Source of the DNA: an uncultured Gammaproteobacteria bacterium
GTDB lineage: Bacteria > Patescibacteriota > Patescibacteriia > UBA9934
Reading direction: 5' to 3'
Length of the DNA: 64,000 nucleotides
Assembly (NCBI GenBank): GCA_964452565.1
Contig: CAYVLY010000001.1
Location: forward strand, 386,897-450,896
In this document: positions 1-8,862 of the stretch, one piece after another
How positions within the stretch are numbered: position 1 is the first letter of the stretch
Layout of the letters: each line of letters opens with the position of its first letter
Position numbers and translations under genes: made by a program
The notes under the pieces: generated by a model
Databases searched by the model: none
What the model was told of the DNA's origin: nothing
What the model saw: the letters and a program-made list of their open reading frames with translations, nothing else

Positions 1-1327
1 TATTCCTACGCAAGTAACGCTCCATTCTCAGTATAAACGTGCCTGGTGCATCAGAAAGAACCATCGGATGGATTCCAGCTCTCAATACCATTTGTCGTGC
101 AATATACTTATTTGGACAAGCCATCATGATCGGAACATTTGGCCTAAAAATATTGATAGTTGATGCGATAAATGAATATGACGAACAAGTTGCAATAAAA
201 TCAATCTGCTTATTCTCTGCCATTAGATGAACAGACTGAGCTATAGACTTTGGCAAAGCGCCGAGATCGCTGATCTCATAAAATGAAATGTCATCGAACC
301 TTGAAGCCTCGGCCTCGTCGATTATTGACGCCATTGTTTTAACAACAACGTATGGATGCTCGCCTGTCGCAGTTTCTGCAGAAAGCATTACTGCGTCCGT
401 ATGATCAATAATTGCATTTGCCACATCTGAAGTCTCAGCACGCGTTGCACGAGGATTCTTTGTCATTGACTCCATCATGTGCGTTGCGACTATTACTGGC
501 TTGCCAGTTTGGCGGCAAAGTTCGATCATGTCTTTTTGTACAATTGGAACTTGCTCTGGCTTTATCTCAACTCCCAAGTCACCTCGCGCGATCATTATTC
601 CATCAACAACATCAAGAATATCCTCAAACCCCTCAACGGCTTCTGGCCTTTCGATCTTAGCTATAATCTTTGGGCTAATACATCCAAGCGACCTACACTT
701 TGCATCAATAATTCTGCGTGCCTTTTTTATCTCTTCAGCATGTGTAACAAACGACAATGCAACAAAATCAACCCCCTGCTCCAAACCAAACATCAAATCT
801 TCATGATCTTTCTCTGTCATGGCAGGAGCCGAAACCGTTGAATCAGGAAGATTCATGCCTTTATTTGATGTAACCGGCCCACCATGCACAACTTTAAGTG
901 TGATCATCTTGCCACGTACAGACTCAACAACGGTCTCGATAAAACCATCATTTATGAAAAGTCTATGGCCTTTCTTTAAATCCTTATGAAGATCCCCATA
1001 GGTCACTGGCAATGGATGTCCCTCTTTATACTCATCAATACCAGTGTTCAGCTGTATAACCTGACCTCTATGAAGCTCGATTCCCTCTTCTGGAAGTTTT
1101 CCAACTCGAATCTTGGGCCCTTGCAGATCCTGCAAAATCGCAACCGTCTTACCTATCTTCTTCGCGGCTTGCCTAACATGTCGAACTAAAACTTTGTGAT
1201 CTGCGTAAGATCCATGAGAAAAATTTAAACGCGCAACATCTAATCCTGCGCGCATCATACGAACAAGCATCGCCGCTGATGATGACGATGGCCCGATCGT
1301 TGCAACTATTTTTGTACGTCGCTTCAT
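1..1327 (-). CDS. pyk: pyruvate kinase, N-terminal ~442 codons; gene continues beyond the window start
   Basis: Minus-strand ORF open to the window edge, so it is absent from the ORF track. ATG at 1327..1325. Hand translation gives MKRRTKIVATIGPSS at the start and LKVVHGGPVTSNKGMNLPD internally (PK K-G-x-N-L-P signature), in the same frame. Confidence 0.8.
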   Translation of the reverse strand, partial: MKRRTKIVATIGPSSSSAAMLVRMMRAGLDVARLNFSHGSYADHKVLVRHVRQAAKKIGKTVAILQDLQGPKIRVGKLPEEGIELHRGQVIQLNTGIDEYKEGHPLPVTYGDLHKDLKKGHRLFINDGFIETVVESVRGKMITLKVVHGGPVTSNKGMNLPDSTVSAPAMTEKDHEDLMFGLEQGVDFVALSFVTHAEEIKKARRIIDAKCRSLGCISPKIIAKIERPEAVEGFEDILDVVDGIMIARGDLGVEIKPEQVPIVQKDMIELCRQTGKPVIVATHMMESMTKNPRATRAETSDVANAIIDHTDAVMLSAETATGEHPYVVVKTMASIIDEAEASRFDDISFYEISDLGALPKSIAQSVHLMAENKQIDFIATCSSYSFIASTINIFRPNVPIMMACPNKYIARQMVLRAGIHPMVLSDAPGTFILRMERYLRRN

Positions 1328-1351
1328 ATGCAACGTAATTATAACACGAAA

Positions 1352-1825
1352 CTAACTACGCTTACGTCGCTTGCGGACAAGTTTTTGCAGTTCCTCTTCA
1401 AACTTCTTAAGATCCTCAAACGAATGATAAACAGATGCAAATCTTATGTATGCGACCTTATCAAAGCTACGCAGATGCTTCATAACAATGCTTCCAAGCT
1501 TGATACTGGTAATCTCACCTGAGCGTTCTTTTTGGATATCGCGCTCAATCTTTTGAACAAGGCTGTGAAACTGAGCATCAGTATACGGTCGCTTCTCAAG
1601 TGCCTTATTCAACCCCTCAATCATCTTCGATCGTAGATATGGCTCTCGCTTAGCATCACGCTTTACAACAGTGACATTGACCAGATCGACTTCCTCGACA
1701 GTCGAAAACCGATAACCGCAAGAAGCCTTCTCGCACTCTCGTCGACGACGCACTCCAGAGCCCTCTGAAGCAAGTCTAGAATCGACTACTCTAGTTGATT
1801 TAAATCTACAAACTGGACAATGCAT
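1352..1825 (-). CDS. nrdR: transcriptional repressor NrdR (zinc ribbon + ATP-cone)
   Basis: MHCPVCRFKSTRVVDSR...CxxC zinc ribbon followed by an ATP-cone; 157 aa is the typical NrdR size. Confidence 0.9.
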   Translation of the reverse strand: MHCPVCRFKSTRVVDSRLASEGSGVRRRRECEKASCGYRFSTVEEVDLVNVTVVKRDAKREPYLRSKMIEGLNKALEKRPYTDAQFHSLVQKIERDIQKERSGEITSIKLGSIVMKHLRSFDKVAYIRFASVYHSFEDLKKFEEELQKLVRKRRKRS

Positions 1826-1828
1826 AAT

Positions 1829-2332
1829 TTATTTTATTGCTTTTCGAATTATAGCAGGGCTATCGACTGAATTGATGAACTTTAGCTCATCGATTATTGA
1901 GATATCAATCCACTCTGCCAAATCAGCATACTCTTTTTCTTCCTCATCGAGATTCGCTTTCGAAAGCTCGCCTCCAATGCACTTAACAGTAAAATACAGA
2001 AGTGGGCAGTTCCAGAACTCATGTCCATACTTCTTCGAGTGGCTAGGGTTAAAAAACGATGTCTGGCAATGAATAGGCTCTCCAACTTCGACATCAAATC
2101 CTGTTTCTTCAAAACACTCCCTCTTCAGCGCATCCTGGATAGTTTCACCCAATTCCACTCCCCCGCCAGGAAAATCATAGCCATCGAATTGTTTTGAAAG
2201 CAAGATCTTGTTGTCTTCAATCAAAAGCCCATAAACGGAAGGTCGAAAACGCAACCTGTCCTCACAAACCTCGCAAGGATTCATATGAATATCATGACAA
2301 GTAATTTTTTTCATACTCATCGATTTTATCAC
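1829..2332 (-). CDS. NUDIX family hydrolase
   Basis: Nudix box GGGVELGETIQDALKRECFEETG (G-x5-E-x7-REuxEExGu). Confidence 0.8.
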   Translation of the reverse strand: MIKSMSMKKITCHDIHMNPCEVCEDRLRFRPSVYGLLIEDNKILLSKQFDGYDFPGGGVELGETIQDALKRECFEETGFDVEVGEPIHCQTSFFNPSHSKKYGHEFWNCPLLYFTVKCIGGELSKANLDEEEKEYADLAEWIDISIIDELKFINSVDSPAIIRKAIK

Positions 2333-2428
2333 AAATGTTTCACTAAGGGGCCGATCGGGACTTTAATGAAAATTTTCACATATAGCGTGTAAACTTGCAA
2401 ATCTAGTTAAACTGGTCCGGTTGAACTT

Positions 2429-2445
2429 ATTTAGTTGAACTAAAT
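2429..2445. promoter_or_regulatory. 17-nt perfect palindrome ATTTAGTT-G-AACTAAAT with flanking GTTGAACT direct repeat, upstream of the NUDIX-nrdR-pyk operon
   Basis: Seen directly in the sequence; candidate operator. It does not match the known NrdR-box consensus. Confidence 0.3.
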
Positions 2446-2463
2446 CGATACAGGCTAAAATTC

Positions 2464-2494
2464 AAAGGCGCCAATGTTGGCGCCTTTGTTTTCT
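2464..2494. terminator. bidirectional rho-independent terminator downstream of ftsZ
   Basis: Perfect hairpin AAAGGCGCCAA-TG-TTGGCGCCTTT flanked by T-runs on both strands. Confidence 0.7.
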
Positions 2495-2541
2495 ACTCTT
2501 ATTTTCAATTTCCAACTTCTCACCTCCAACCTTCATCATTA

Positions 2542-3780
2542 CTACATCATCTTCCGTCTGATAAACGCCGGGATGCCGAGGTCTTCATCATCTTGTCCAG
2601 CCTCAGACTTTGCTTGCTGACCACCCGCTGGAGGCTGTGCACCAACTTTTTGTTCAAATGTGTTCACTGGCTTTGGTTGCACTGGAGTACTTGAGACACG
2701 TTTTTGTTCAAATGGAGACTCCTTTTTCTGAGTGACAGCTGGCTTCTCATCACGCTCTGGAGCCTTCCAACTTCCTTGTGGTGCAACATCCATATCCCCT
2801 GCCAAGCTAGGTGTACTTCGTTGTTTTCTATTATCAAAGCCTGTTGCAACAACAGTAATCTTAACTTCATCTTCAAGTGTCTCATCTATGTTTGCTCCAA
2901 AGATAACTCTAGCATCATCATCAGCTGATCCAGTAATAACCTTTGCGGCCTCTGCCACCTCGTACATAGAAAGATCTGGGCTTCCAGTTACAGTAAATAG
3001 GATTCCTTTTGCGCCATCAATTGACAACTCGAGAAGCGGACTTGCGATCGCCATCTTAGCTGCCTCTACTGATCTATTTTCACCTGACGCTGATCCAATC
3101 CCCATCAAAGCTGAACCAGCGTTCTGCATAATAGCTTTGACGTCGGCAAAGTCAACGTTGATGAGTCCAGGTAAAGTAATAATCTCTGAGATTCCTTGGA
3201 CACCCTGTCGAAGAACATCGTCGATAATCGCAAATGACTCCAAAAGCGACGTCTTTTTATCAATAATCTGGAGGATTCGATCATTTGGAATTGTGATGAC
3301 TGTATCTACTTGCTCTACTAATTCATTGTAAGCATCGTCTGCAATACGCTTACGTTGAGCTCCTTCAAACGAGAATGGCTTTGTAACAACGGCTACTGTA
3401 AGTGCACCCGCTTCACGTGCAACCTTTGCAACCTCTGGTATTGAACCGCTTCCTGTTCCTCCACCAAGCCCGGCGGTCAGGAAAACCATATCAGTTCCTT
3501 GAACAGTGTTACGAATATCATTTGAACCCTCTTCTGCAGCACGTCGACCAACTTCTGGATTCATCCCCGCACCTAGTCCACGGGTTACAGTTTTACCTAT
3601 TGCAATTTTCTCCTTAGCTGGATTTTGATGAAGTGCTTGAACGTCAGTATTGACCGCAACAAACCCAACGCCCTTTATTTTTTCTTCAATCATGCGCTTT
3701 AGAGCTGCACCTCCACCTCCACCAATTCCAAAGACCTTGATCTTTGCAAATGTTTCTACTTCTGGTTTTACTTGAGCCAT
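2542..3780 (-). CDS. ftsZ: cell division GTPase FtsZ
   Basis: Tubulin signature GGGTGSG; N-terminal GIGGGGGAA; 412 aa. Confidence 0.95.
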   Translation of the reverse strand: MAQVKPEVETFAKIKVFGIGGGGGAALKRMIEEKIKGVGFVAVNTDVQALHQNPAKEKIAIGKTVTRGLGAGMNPEVGRRAAEEGSNDIRNTVQGTDMVFLTAGLGGGTGSGSIPEVAKVAREAGALTVAVVTKPFSFEGAQRKRIADDAYNELVEQVDTVITIPNDRILQIIDKKTSLLESFAIIDDVLRQGVQGISEIITLPGLINVDFADVKAIMQNAGSALMGIGSASGENRSVEAAKMAIASPLLELSIDGAKGILFTVTGSPDLSMYEVAEAAKVITGSADDDARVIFGANIDETLEDEVKITVVATGFDNRKQRSTPSLAGDMDVAPQGSWKAPERDEKPAVTQKKESPFEQKRVSSTPVQPKPVNTFEQKVGAQPPAGGQQAKSEAGQDDEDLGIPAFIRRKMM

Positions 3781-3924
3781 AGCTGAACAATTATTGTGTT
3801 ATAGCTGCCTCCTTGATGAACACTTATTGTATTCAATTAAGCTAATCTTAAATACTTTTTGTATTCACAAATTACCATACCAAAGGGTGTGCATAAAGCC
3901 TTGGGTGTGGATAAAAGCAGAATC

Positions 3925-3994
3925 CAGAACCCAGAAAAAAACAAAAGAATCGACTTTCGCCGACCCTCATCTGGCTTCTTCTTTCTGGGTTCTG
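3925..3994 (-). promoter_or_regulatory. long hairpin immediately downstream of ftsA stop (13-bp perfect stem CAGAACCCAGAAA/TTTCTGGGTTCTG, ~44-nt loop) followed by TTCTGCTTTT; candidate partial terminator or processing site between ftsA and ftsZ
   Basis: Inverted repeat seen in the sequence; located in the 216-nt ftsA-ftsZ spacer. Confidence 0.45.
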
Positions 3995-3996
3995 CA

Positions 3997-5247
3997 TCAA
4001 GGTATCAACGACTTCATCCATTTGCGTAACTGGTCTGCAATCTGATTTACGCCTTTGATATTCAAAAGATTAAACTTGCTACCATGAGCTCCGCGTATTG
4101 CAAATCCCCAAAGCGTAAGCCCGACTGCTGTTGCATATGCACTATCCTGGACTTCATCAATAACACTTGATACTCCGATTGGCCTTCCGATACTAGCTGG
4201 GAGTCGAAGTACACGCTTTGCAACATCAGCAATACCAGGCAGATGCATTGTAGCGCCCGTCAAAACAGTACCAACCGGCAACATCCCAGAACGATCTACC
4301 TTTCTTAGTTCATCGTCGATATTCTCAAATAGTTCTTCGATTCGCGCCTCAATGATCTCAGACACAAACCTAGCCTTAATCATCTCATCTTCAGATGACC
4401 CGAAGTCAGATAGCGAAAACTGCTGCTTTCGATCAACATCATCTGGAACAGCATTCCCAAGCTCAATTTTGACGCGATCTGCGACCTCTAGAGACGTTCT
4501 AAGCCCTATTGCTATATCATTGGTCAAATGGTCACCTCCAACCGGTAAGACGGCTGTATGAAGGATATCGCCCTCTTCAAACACCACTATACTTGTAGAT
4601 GAGGCCCCGATATCTATCACGCACACCCCTAACTCCTTTTGACGTTGAGTCAAGACCGCCTCAGCAGTCGCCAATGGAGTAAACACAAGATCATCGATAT
4701 CCAGGCCAGTCCGATATATGGTCTTTGTTAGATTCTTAATCTGAGATGACAAGGTCTGAATAATGACTGCATCAACCTCTAATCGGATTCCACTCATCCC
4801 AACTGGGTCTTTGATTCCATGTTGACCATCAACAGTAAAACTCTTTGGAATAACATGAAGGATCTCGTAATTTGATGGGGTTGCAACAGTTCTAGCAGCT
4901 TCGATAACTCTTTCCACGTCTTCTTCGCGAATATCAGCATCAGCCCTAGAAATCCCAATAACACCATGGCTTTCTTGTACGAAGATATTGTGTCCAGCAA
5001 TAGAAACCCAGGCGCTGTTAACTGCAACACCTGTCATGCGCTCGGCTCGCTCTAAAGCCTTTGAAACAGAAGACACCGCATCTTCCATAGAGGAAACGGT
5101 TCCCTTGTGTACCCCCTCTGATGGAACAGACACGGCTCCAGTGATATGAAGTTGTGGCTTTCCAGTCTCATCTGGAACGACCTGACCAACAACAACACGA
5201 ATTGTGGACGACCCAATATCTAAACCTGTAATGATCTCCTCTGCCAT
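3997..5247 (-). CDS. ftsA: cell division protein FtsA
   Basis: Actin-like ATPase N-terminus ITGLDIGSSTIRVVVG; 416 aa; directly upstream of ftsZ. Confidence 0.9.
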   Translation of the reverse strand: MAEEIITGLDIGSSTIRVVVGQVVPDETGKPQLHITGAVSVPSEGVHKGTVSSMEDAVSSVSKALERAERMTGVAVNSAWVSIAGHNIFVQESHGVIGISRADADIREEDVERVIEAARTVATPSNYEILHVIPKSFTVDGQHGIKDPVGMSGIRLEVDAVIIQTLSSQIKNLTKTIYRTGLDIDDLVFTPLATAEAVLTQRQKELGVCVIDIGASSTSIVVFEEGDILHTAVLPVGGDHLTNDIAIGLRTSLEVADRVKIELGNAVPDDVDRKQQFSLSDFGSSEDEMIKARFVSEIIEARIEELFENIDDELRKVDRSGMLPVGTVLTGATMHLPGIADVAKRVLRLPASIGRPIGVSSVIDEVQDSAYATAVGLTLWGFAIRGAHGSKFNLLNIKGVNQIADQLRKWMKSLIP

Positions 5248-5284
5248 AGTGTTTATATACTACCCTATTTTACCGTATTCTATC

Positions 5285-5671
5285 TTATCCGAAAAGTCGG
5301 CCGGCTTCGAGCAAATCTTGAATATATGGCCATAAAATCATAGCTGCAATTAATGCAGCAGTGCATGAAGTGATTAAAACTGCCCCAGCCATCATATCCT
5401 TAACATCCTTTACCATTTCATTCAACCTTGGCTTAAGTCCATCTGACAGCCTTTCGAAGATACTATTGATAACCTCGAGAACCAATACGGCCGCTACAAG
5501 CAATAAGAGCACTACTCTTTCCCAAACATCAAGCGGCAACAAAAAAACAACCACTAGAACAACAAGTGCTGCGATCAGCTGAATCCGAAAACTGTGTTCT
5601 TGCTTCATTACCTGCTTAATACCTCGCAAAGCGTACTTAAGACTTTTATAAAACTTTTTTACTGAGATCAT
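5285..5671 (-). CDS. dgkA: diacylglycerol kinase / undecaprenol kinase family (DgkA)
   Basis: 128-aa three-TM protein with the E-x-x-NS-x-xE motif (EVINSIFERL) typical of prokaryotic DAGK. Confidence 0.7.
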   Translation of the reverse strand: MISVKKFYKSLKYALRGIKQVMKQEHSFRIQLIAALVVLVVVFLLPLDVWERVVLLLLVAAVLVLEVINSIFERLSDGLKPRLNEMVKDVKDMMAGAVLITSCTAALIAAMILWPYIQDLLEAGRLFG

Positions 5672-5685
5672 ATAAATAATGGCTT

Positions 5686-6093
5686 CTATAAAATTTGTTC
5701 AACAATCTTATCTTGCAATGAAAACATTTCTTTATCCTCTCCTGGTCGCTCATGATCGTGCCCTAGGACATGTAGAACTCCGTGGACTATTAGATCGATA
5801 ACCTCATGTTCGATACTACCATGTGCTTGCCGACCTGCTTGATCATATGAGATCGCAACATCCCCGAGTTGATTGCCTCCTTCCGAATAGCCAAACGATA
5901 GCACATCTGTGACCTCATCTTTCTCGCGATACATCCTATTTAACTTCTGGATTTCTCGATCTGTCACAAAACGAACATTGATCACACCATCGTTTGATAC
6001 GCTTGAGTTGATTACATCCTGTATCTTTTGACAGATAGAATCTGATAGTTTATCAGACTCTATTAGAGATTGTTCAAAATCTAGACTTATCAT
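5686..6093 (-). CDS. ybeY: rRNA maturation endoribonuclease YbeY
   Basis: HGVLHVLGHDHE zinc-binding motif (H-x-x-x-H-x-x-G-x-D-H). Confidence 0.9.
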   Translation of the reverse strand: MISLDFEQSLIESDKLSDSICQKIQDVINSSVSNDGVINVRFVTDREIQKLNRMYREKDEVTDVLSFGYSEGGNQLGDVAISYDQAGRQAHGSIEHEVIDLIVHGVLHVLGHDHERPGEDKEMFSLQDKIVEQIL

Positions 6094-7049
6094 TGAGCAA
6101 GAAAGCTATTGATCATCATCTGGAAGGTTTGCAAATACACAATCTCTATTTCGTCAGAGAGATCATATTGGAATACATACACCCTACCTTCAGCTTCAAC
6201 ATATGCTAGAAGTTCATCTGGGCTCATATAAGCTACGTAACCCTCTTTTGTGAGTGTTGTATCAAGGTCGTCATATTCCCCTTCTCCAAACGAATTTTCT
6301 GCATACCAATCCTCAAACACCAAATCTTCTAGACTAGATGCAGTAAGCCGTATAGTCGCTGTTGAATTTGTACGGAAGATTACCTCTTCAGTTTCCTGGA
6401 ACTCTGAGTCAACCTCAGCAGCTACTGTCCATTGAGTTGGATAAGTTAATGTGAATCCGAGATCCTCGCTCTCATACTCCTCTACAGATCCAGTATCTAA
6501 CAATGTTTGCGGAGCCTCGCCAAGTGGACTATAACGATGGAACACCTCATTTCCATCTAAGAACGTATCACCATCTGAATCTGGGTCTCGCGCATCAGTT
6601 CCATACATCACCTCTTCGATGTCTGACAAACCGTCACTGTCCAAATCTGATCCTGGACGAATCTCTTCCTCTTCTACAATTACCTCCTCCTCAATTATCT
6701 CACCCTCGACTACTTCCTCTTCTTCAATACCCTGAAGCGCAACCCAGCCAAGAACAGCTATAGCTATAACAAACAATATTCCAGCAATCGCCAAGATCCA
6801 AGGAAGCTTGCTCTTCTTTTTCACTGGAGTGACCGGCTTTTTCACAGGCTGTTTTGGAGGTACTGGCTTTGGAGTTGGTTTTGGTACTGGCTTTGGTGCA
6901 GCCTTAACAACTGGCCTCTTCTCTTCCTTTACAACAGTCTTTTTCTGCTTGAATGCCTCGGGCATTACATGAATCACAAAATCACTTAACTCGCCTTTCT
7001 TTTGTTTCTTTGCACCTTTTGGCGCTTGCTTTTGTGATTCGTCGAACAT
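6090..7049 (-). CDS. single-pass membrane protein: K/P-rich cytoplasmic N-terminus, TM, poly-Glu spacer, two bacterial TSP3-like EF-hand Ca-binding repeats, C-terminal domain
   Basis: TM segment LPWILAIAGILFVIAIAVLGWVAL; repeats DSDGDGLSDIEEV and DSDGDTFLDGNEV (D1,D3,D5,D9,E12 EF-loop spacing). Paralogous to 7155..7841, 7939..8850 and 35229..35909. Confidence 0.6.
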   Translation of the reverse strand: MFDESQKQAPKGAKKQKKGELSDFVIHVMPEAFKQKKTVVKEEKRPVVKAAPKPVPKPTPKPVPPKQPVKKPVTPVKKKSKLPWILAIAGILFVIAIAVLGWVALQGIEEEEVVEGEIIEEEVIVEEEEIRPGSDLDSDGLSDIEEVMYGTDARDPDSDGDTFLDGNEVFHRYSPLGEAPQTLLDTGSVEEYESEDLGFTLTYPTQWTVAAEVDSEFQETEEVIFRTNSTATIRLTASSLEDLVFEDWYAENSFGEGEYDDLDTTLTKEGYVAYMSPDELLAYVEAEGRVYVFQYDLSDEIEIVYLQTFQMMINSFLAQ

Positions 7050-7154
7050 AGTCTACAAAGGTTATAAAGGTGATTAGAGGTTATAAAGGTGATTAAATGG
7101 CATCTCTACAGCCTTTAATCACTTTTTATTACCTTTGCCACCTTTTATCACTTT
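7050..7154 (-). promoter_or_regulatory. GTGAT/ATCAC repeat module (R1) upstream of the TSP3-family gene 6090..7049
   Basis: Read on the coding strand: 3x AAAGTGAT, then 2x TAATCACCTTTATAACC (17-nt direct repeat), then ATG. TATAAC -10-like box about 20 nt before the start. Can fold as GTGATTAAAGGC/GCC(A)TTTAATCAC. Confidence 0.5.
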
Positions 7155-7841
7155 TTACTTCGGTATCTCAAACAACTGACCCTCGCCATTTGGGTTATAA
7201 CCAGCAGCAACCTCTTGGCCATCTAGGAATCCGTCATCATCCGTATCTGCATCGAATGGATCTGTGTCATAAACCTGAACTTCCTCACGATCACCCAAAC
7301 CATCTTTATCTGTATCTACACTTTCAGGATCGGTCCCAGCTTCAATCTCCTCTGCGTCAGTTAATCCGTCGCCATCAGTATCCTGCTCTTCAAGCTCCTC
7401 ATCAACAACCTCCTCTTCATCGACATCCTCTTCTTCCTCTTCAATGTCTTCTACGATCTCTTCTGTTGTATCATCTACAACTTCGTCGGTTGCTACATCC
7501 TGAGTCATCAACCGATAAGCCAAGTAACCTGCTGCTGCAATAATTACAACTGCAACAACAACAATGACACCAACTTTAAAGACATTGGATATATCTGACT
7601 TTGGCGGTGCTGGTGGAACTGTTCCTGCACTTGGTGCCGCCTGTTGCGTTGGCGCAGTTGGCGTTGGTGAAGCTGCTGGAGTCGGTTCAGCCGCCTTAGG
7701 AGCCGCTGCTGGAGCAGTTGGTGCTACAGGAAGGTTCGTGGGCACACTAGGTGCATCTGCCTGAGCATCTGTAGGTCCATCAGTTTTAGCAAACATGTCC
7801 TCAACTTGAGGATCGTCTTTTTTCACTTGATCATCAAACAT
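7155..7841 (-). CDS. single-pass membrane protein with Pro/Ala-rich N-terminus, TM, acidic spacer and bacterial TSP3-like Ca-binding repeats
   Basis: DTDGDGLTDAEEIEAGTDPESVDTDKDGLGDREEV...DTDDDGFLDGQEV; the same MFD-start, TM and acidic-run architecture as 6090..7049. Confidence 0.6.
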   Translation of the reverse strand: MFDDQVKKDDPQVEDMFAKTDGPTDAQADAPSVPTNLPVAPTAPAAAPKAAEPTPAASPTPTAPTQQAAPSAGTVPPAPPKSDISNVFKVGVIVVVAVVIIAAAGYLAYRLMTQDVATDEVVDDTTEEIVEDIEEEEEDVDEEEVVDEELEEQDTDGDGLTDAEEIEAGTDPESVDTDKDGLGDREEVQVYDTDPFDADTDDDGFLDGQEVAAGYNPNGEGQLFEIPK

Positions 7842-7938
7842 AATTTATAAAGGTTATAAAGGTGATCAGAGGTGATAAAAGGTATTAAACCTTTCATCAC
7901 TTTTTATTCCTCTATCACTTTTAATCACTTTTGTTATT
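7842..7938 (-). promoter_or_regulatory. GTGAT/ATCAC repeat module (R2) upstream of the TSP3-family gene 7155..7841
   Basis: Coding strand: AAAAGTGATTAAAAGTGATAGAGGAATAAAAAGTGATGAAAGGT-TTAAT-ACCTTTTATCACCTCTGATCACCTTTATAACCTTTATAAATT-ATG. Contains a 12-bp hairpin with one G.U pair and shares the ATCACCTTTATAACCTTT block with R1. Confidence 0.5.
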
Positions 7939-8850
7939 TTACCTCAGTGGATCATATCCTCCAATCACCTCTGTGCCATCCTGGTATCCATCATTATCTG
8001 TATCTGAATCTGCTGGATCTGTTCCATGCTCAAATACCTCATCATAATCTAGTAATCCATCATCATCTGAATCTGTATCTCGATCGCTAGTTCCATAATA
8101 ATCCTCTTCATCACCGTCTAATTCATCAAAATCCCTGTCTCCTGGCCCAACCATCTCTAAACAAGCATATTTGTAATCTCGGATTCCAACTAAATAACAT
8201 GGGGCCGGATCACGTGTTTCAATTGCTTCTGCGATTCTCGCCCCGTATTCACATTGCGCATCAGATATAATTTCATTGTCGCAATTACCTTCGATAATTG
8301 CATTCAAAGCCCATAACGCACGACAATTATCTACTTTTTCTGAATCTGAATAATCCTCGCAGTCCTCATAGCCGTGATCTTCACCAAGTGTCTGGGTCAC
8401 AATAGCATCATTACAACTATTCTTTTTATCTTGATCTGCGATACCTTTGCAGTCATTGATATCTAAAGATGTAAGGGCAGATAATGTTGCGCAAGAATCA
8501 TAGTCCTCCCCCTCAAGCTCATCACAATAACTAATGTCTCCGGTTTGCTGAGCAAGCCTAGGAGCAGCGCTTGCAATACATTTATCTACATCATCCTCGC
8601 TTTGACAAGATTCTATATATAGCCTTGTATTGTTTTCAACGGTCTTATCTCCACCATTAAAGAATAGGCCAATGACAAATACTAGAAACCAAATTGCCAA
8701 TACAACCGCCACAATGGCTACGACAATCTTAATCACAAGCCCAGACTTCGCGCGTATCTTATCTTTCAAGCTTACAACCTTTGTACCCTCTTCATCCAAC
8801 TCGTACCAATCAACCTTACTTTCATCAAATTGTTTTTGTTTGTCTTGCAT
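7939..8850 (-). CDS. single-pass membrane protein with Cys-rich ectodomain and C-terminal bacterial TSP3-like Ca-binding repeats
   Basis: TM segment LVIKIVVAIVAVVLAIWFLVFVIGLFF; C-terminus DRDTDSDDDGLLDYDEVFEHGTDPADSDTDNDGYQDGTEVIGGYDPLR. Confidence 0.6.
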   Translation of the reverse strand: MQDKQKQFDESKVDWYELDEEGTKVVSLKDKIRAKSGLVIKIVVAIVAVVLAIWFLVFVIGLFFNGGDKTVENNTRLYIESCQSEDDVDKCIASAAPRLAQQTGDISYCDELEGEDYDSCATLSALTSLDINDCKGIADQDKKNSCNDAIVTQTLGEDHGYEDCEDYSDSEKVDNCRALWALNAIIEGNCDNEIISDAQCEYGARIAEAIETRDPAPCYLVGIRDYKYACLEMVGPGDRDFDELDGDEEDYYGTSDRDTDSDDDGLLDYDEVFEHGTDPADSDTDNDGYQDGTEVIGGYDPLR

Positions 8851-8862
8851 ATGATTGAAAGG

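Noticed and set aside
412-841. Plus-strand ORFs 412..660, 477..806 and 479..841
   Set aside because: They lie antisense inside the pyruvate kinase coding region, which has the clear KGMNLP signature on the minus strand. No motifs; shadow ORFs.
3794-4045. ORF 3794..4045 (+)
   Set aside because: It spans the ftsA-ftsZ intergenic hairpin and the 3' end of ftsA on the opposite strand; spurious.
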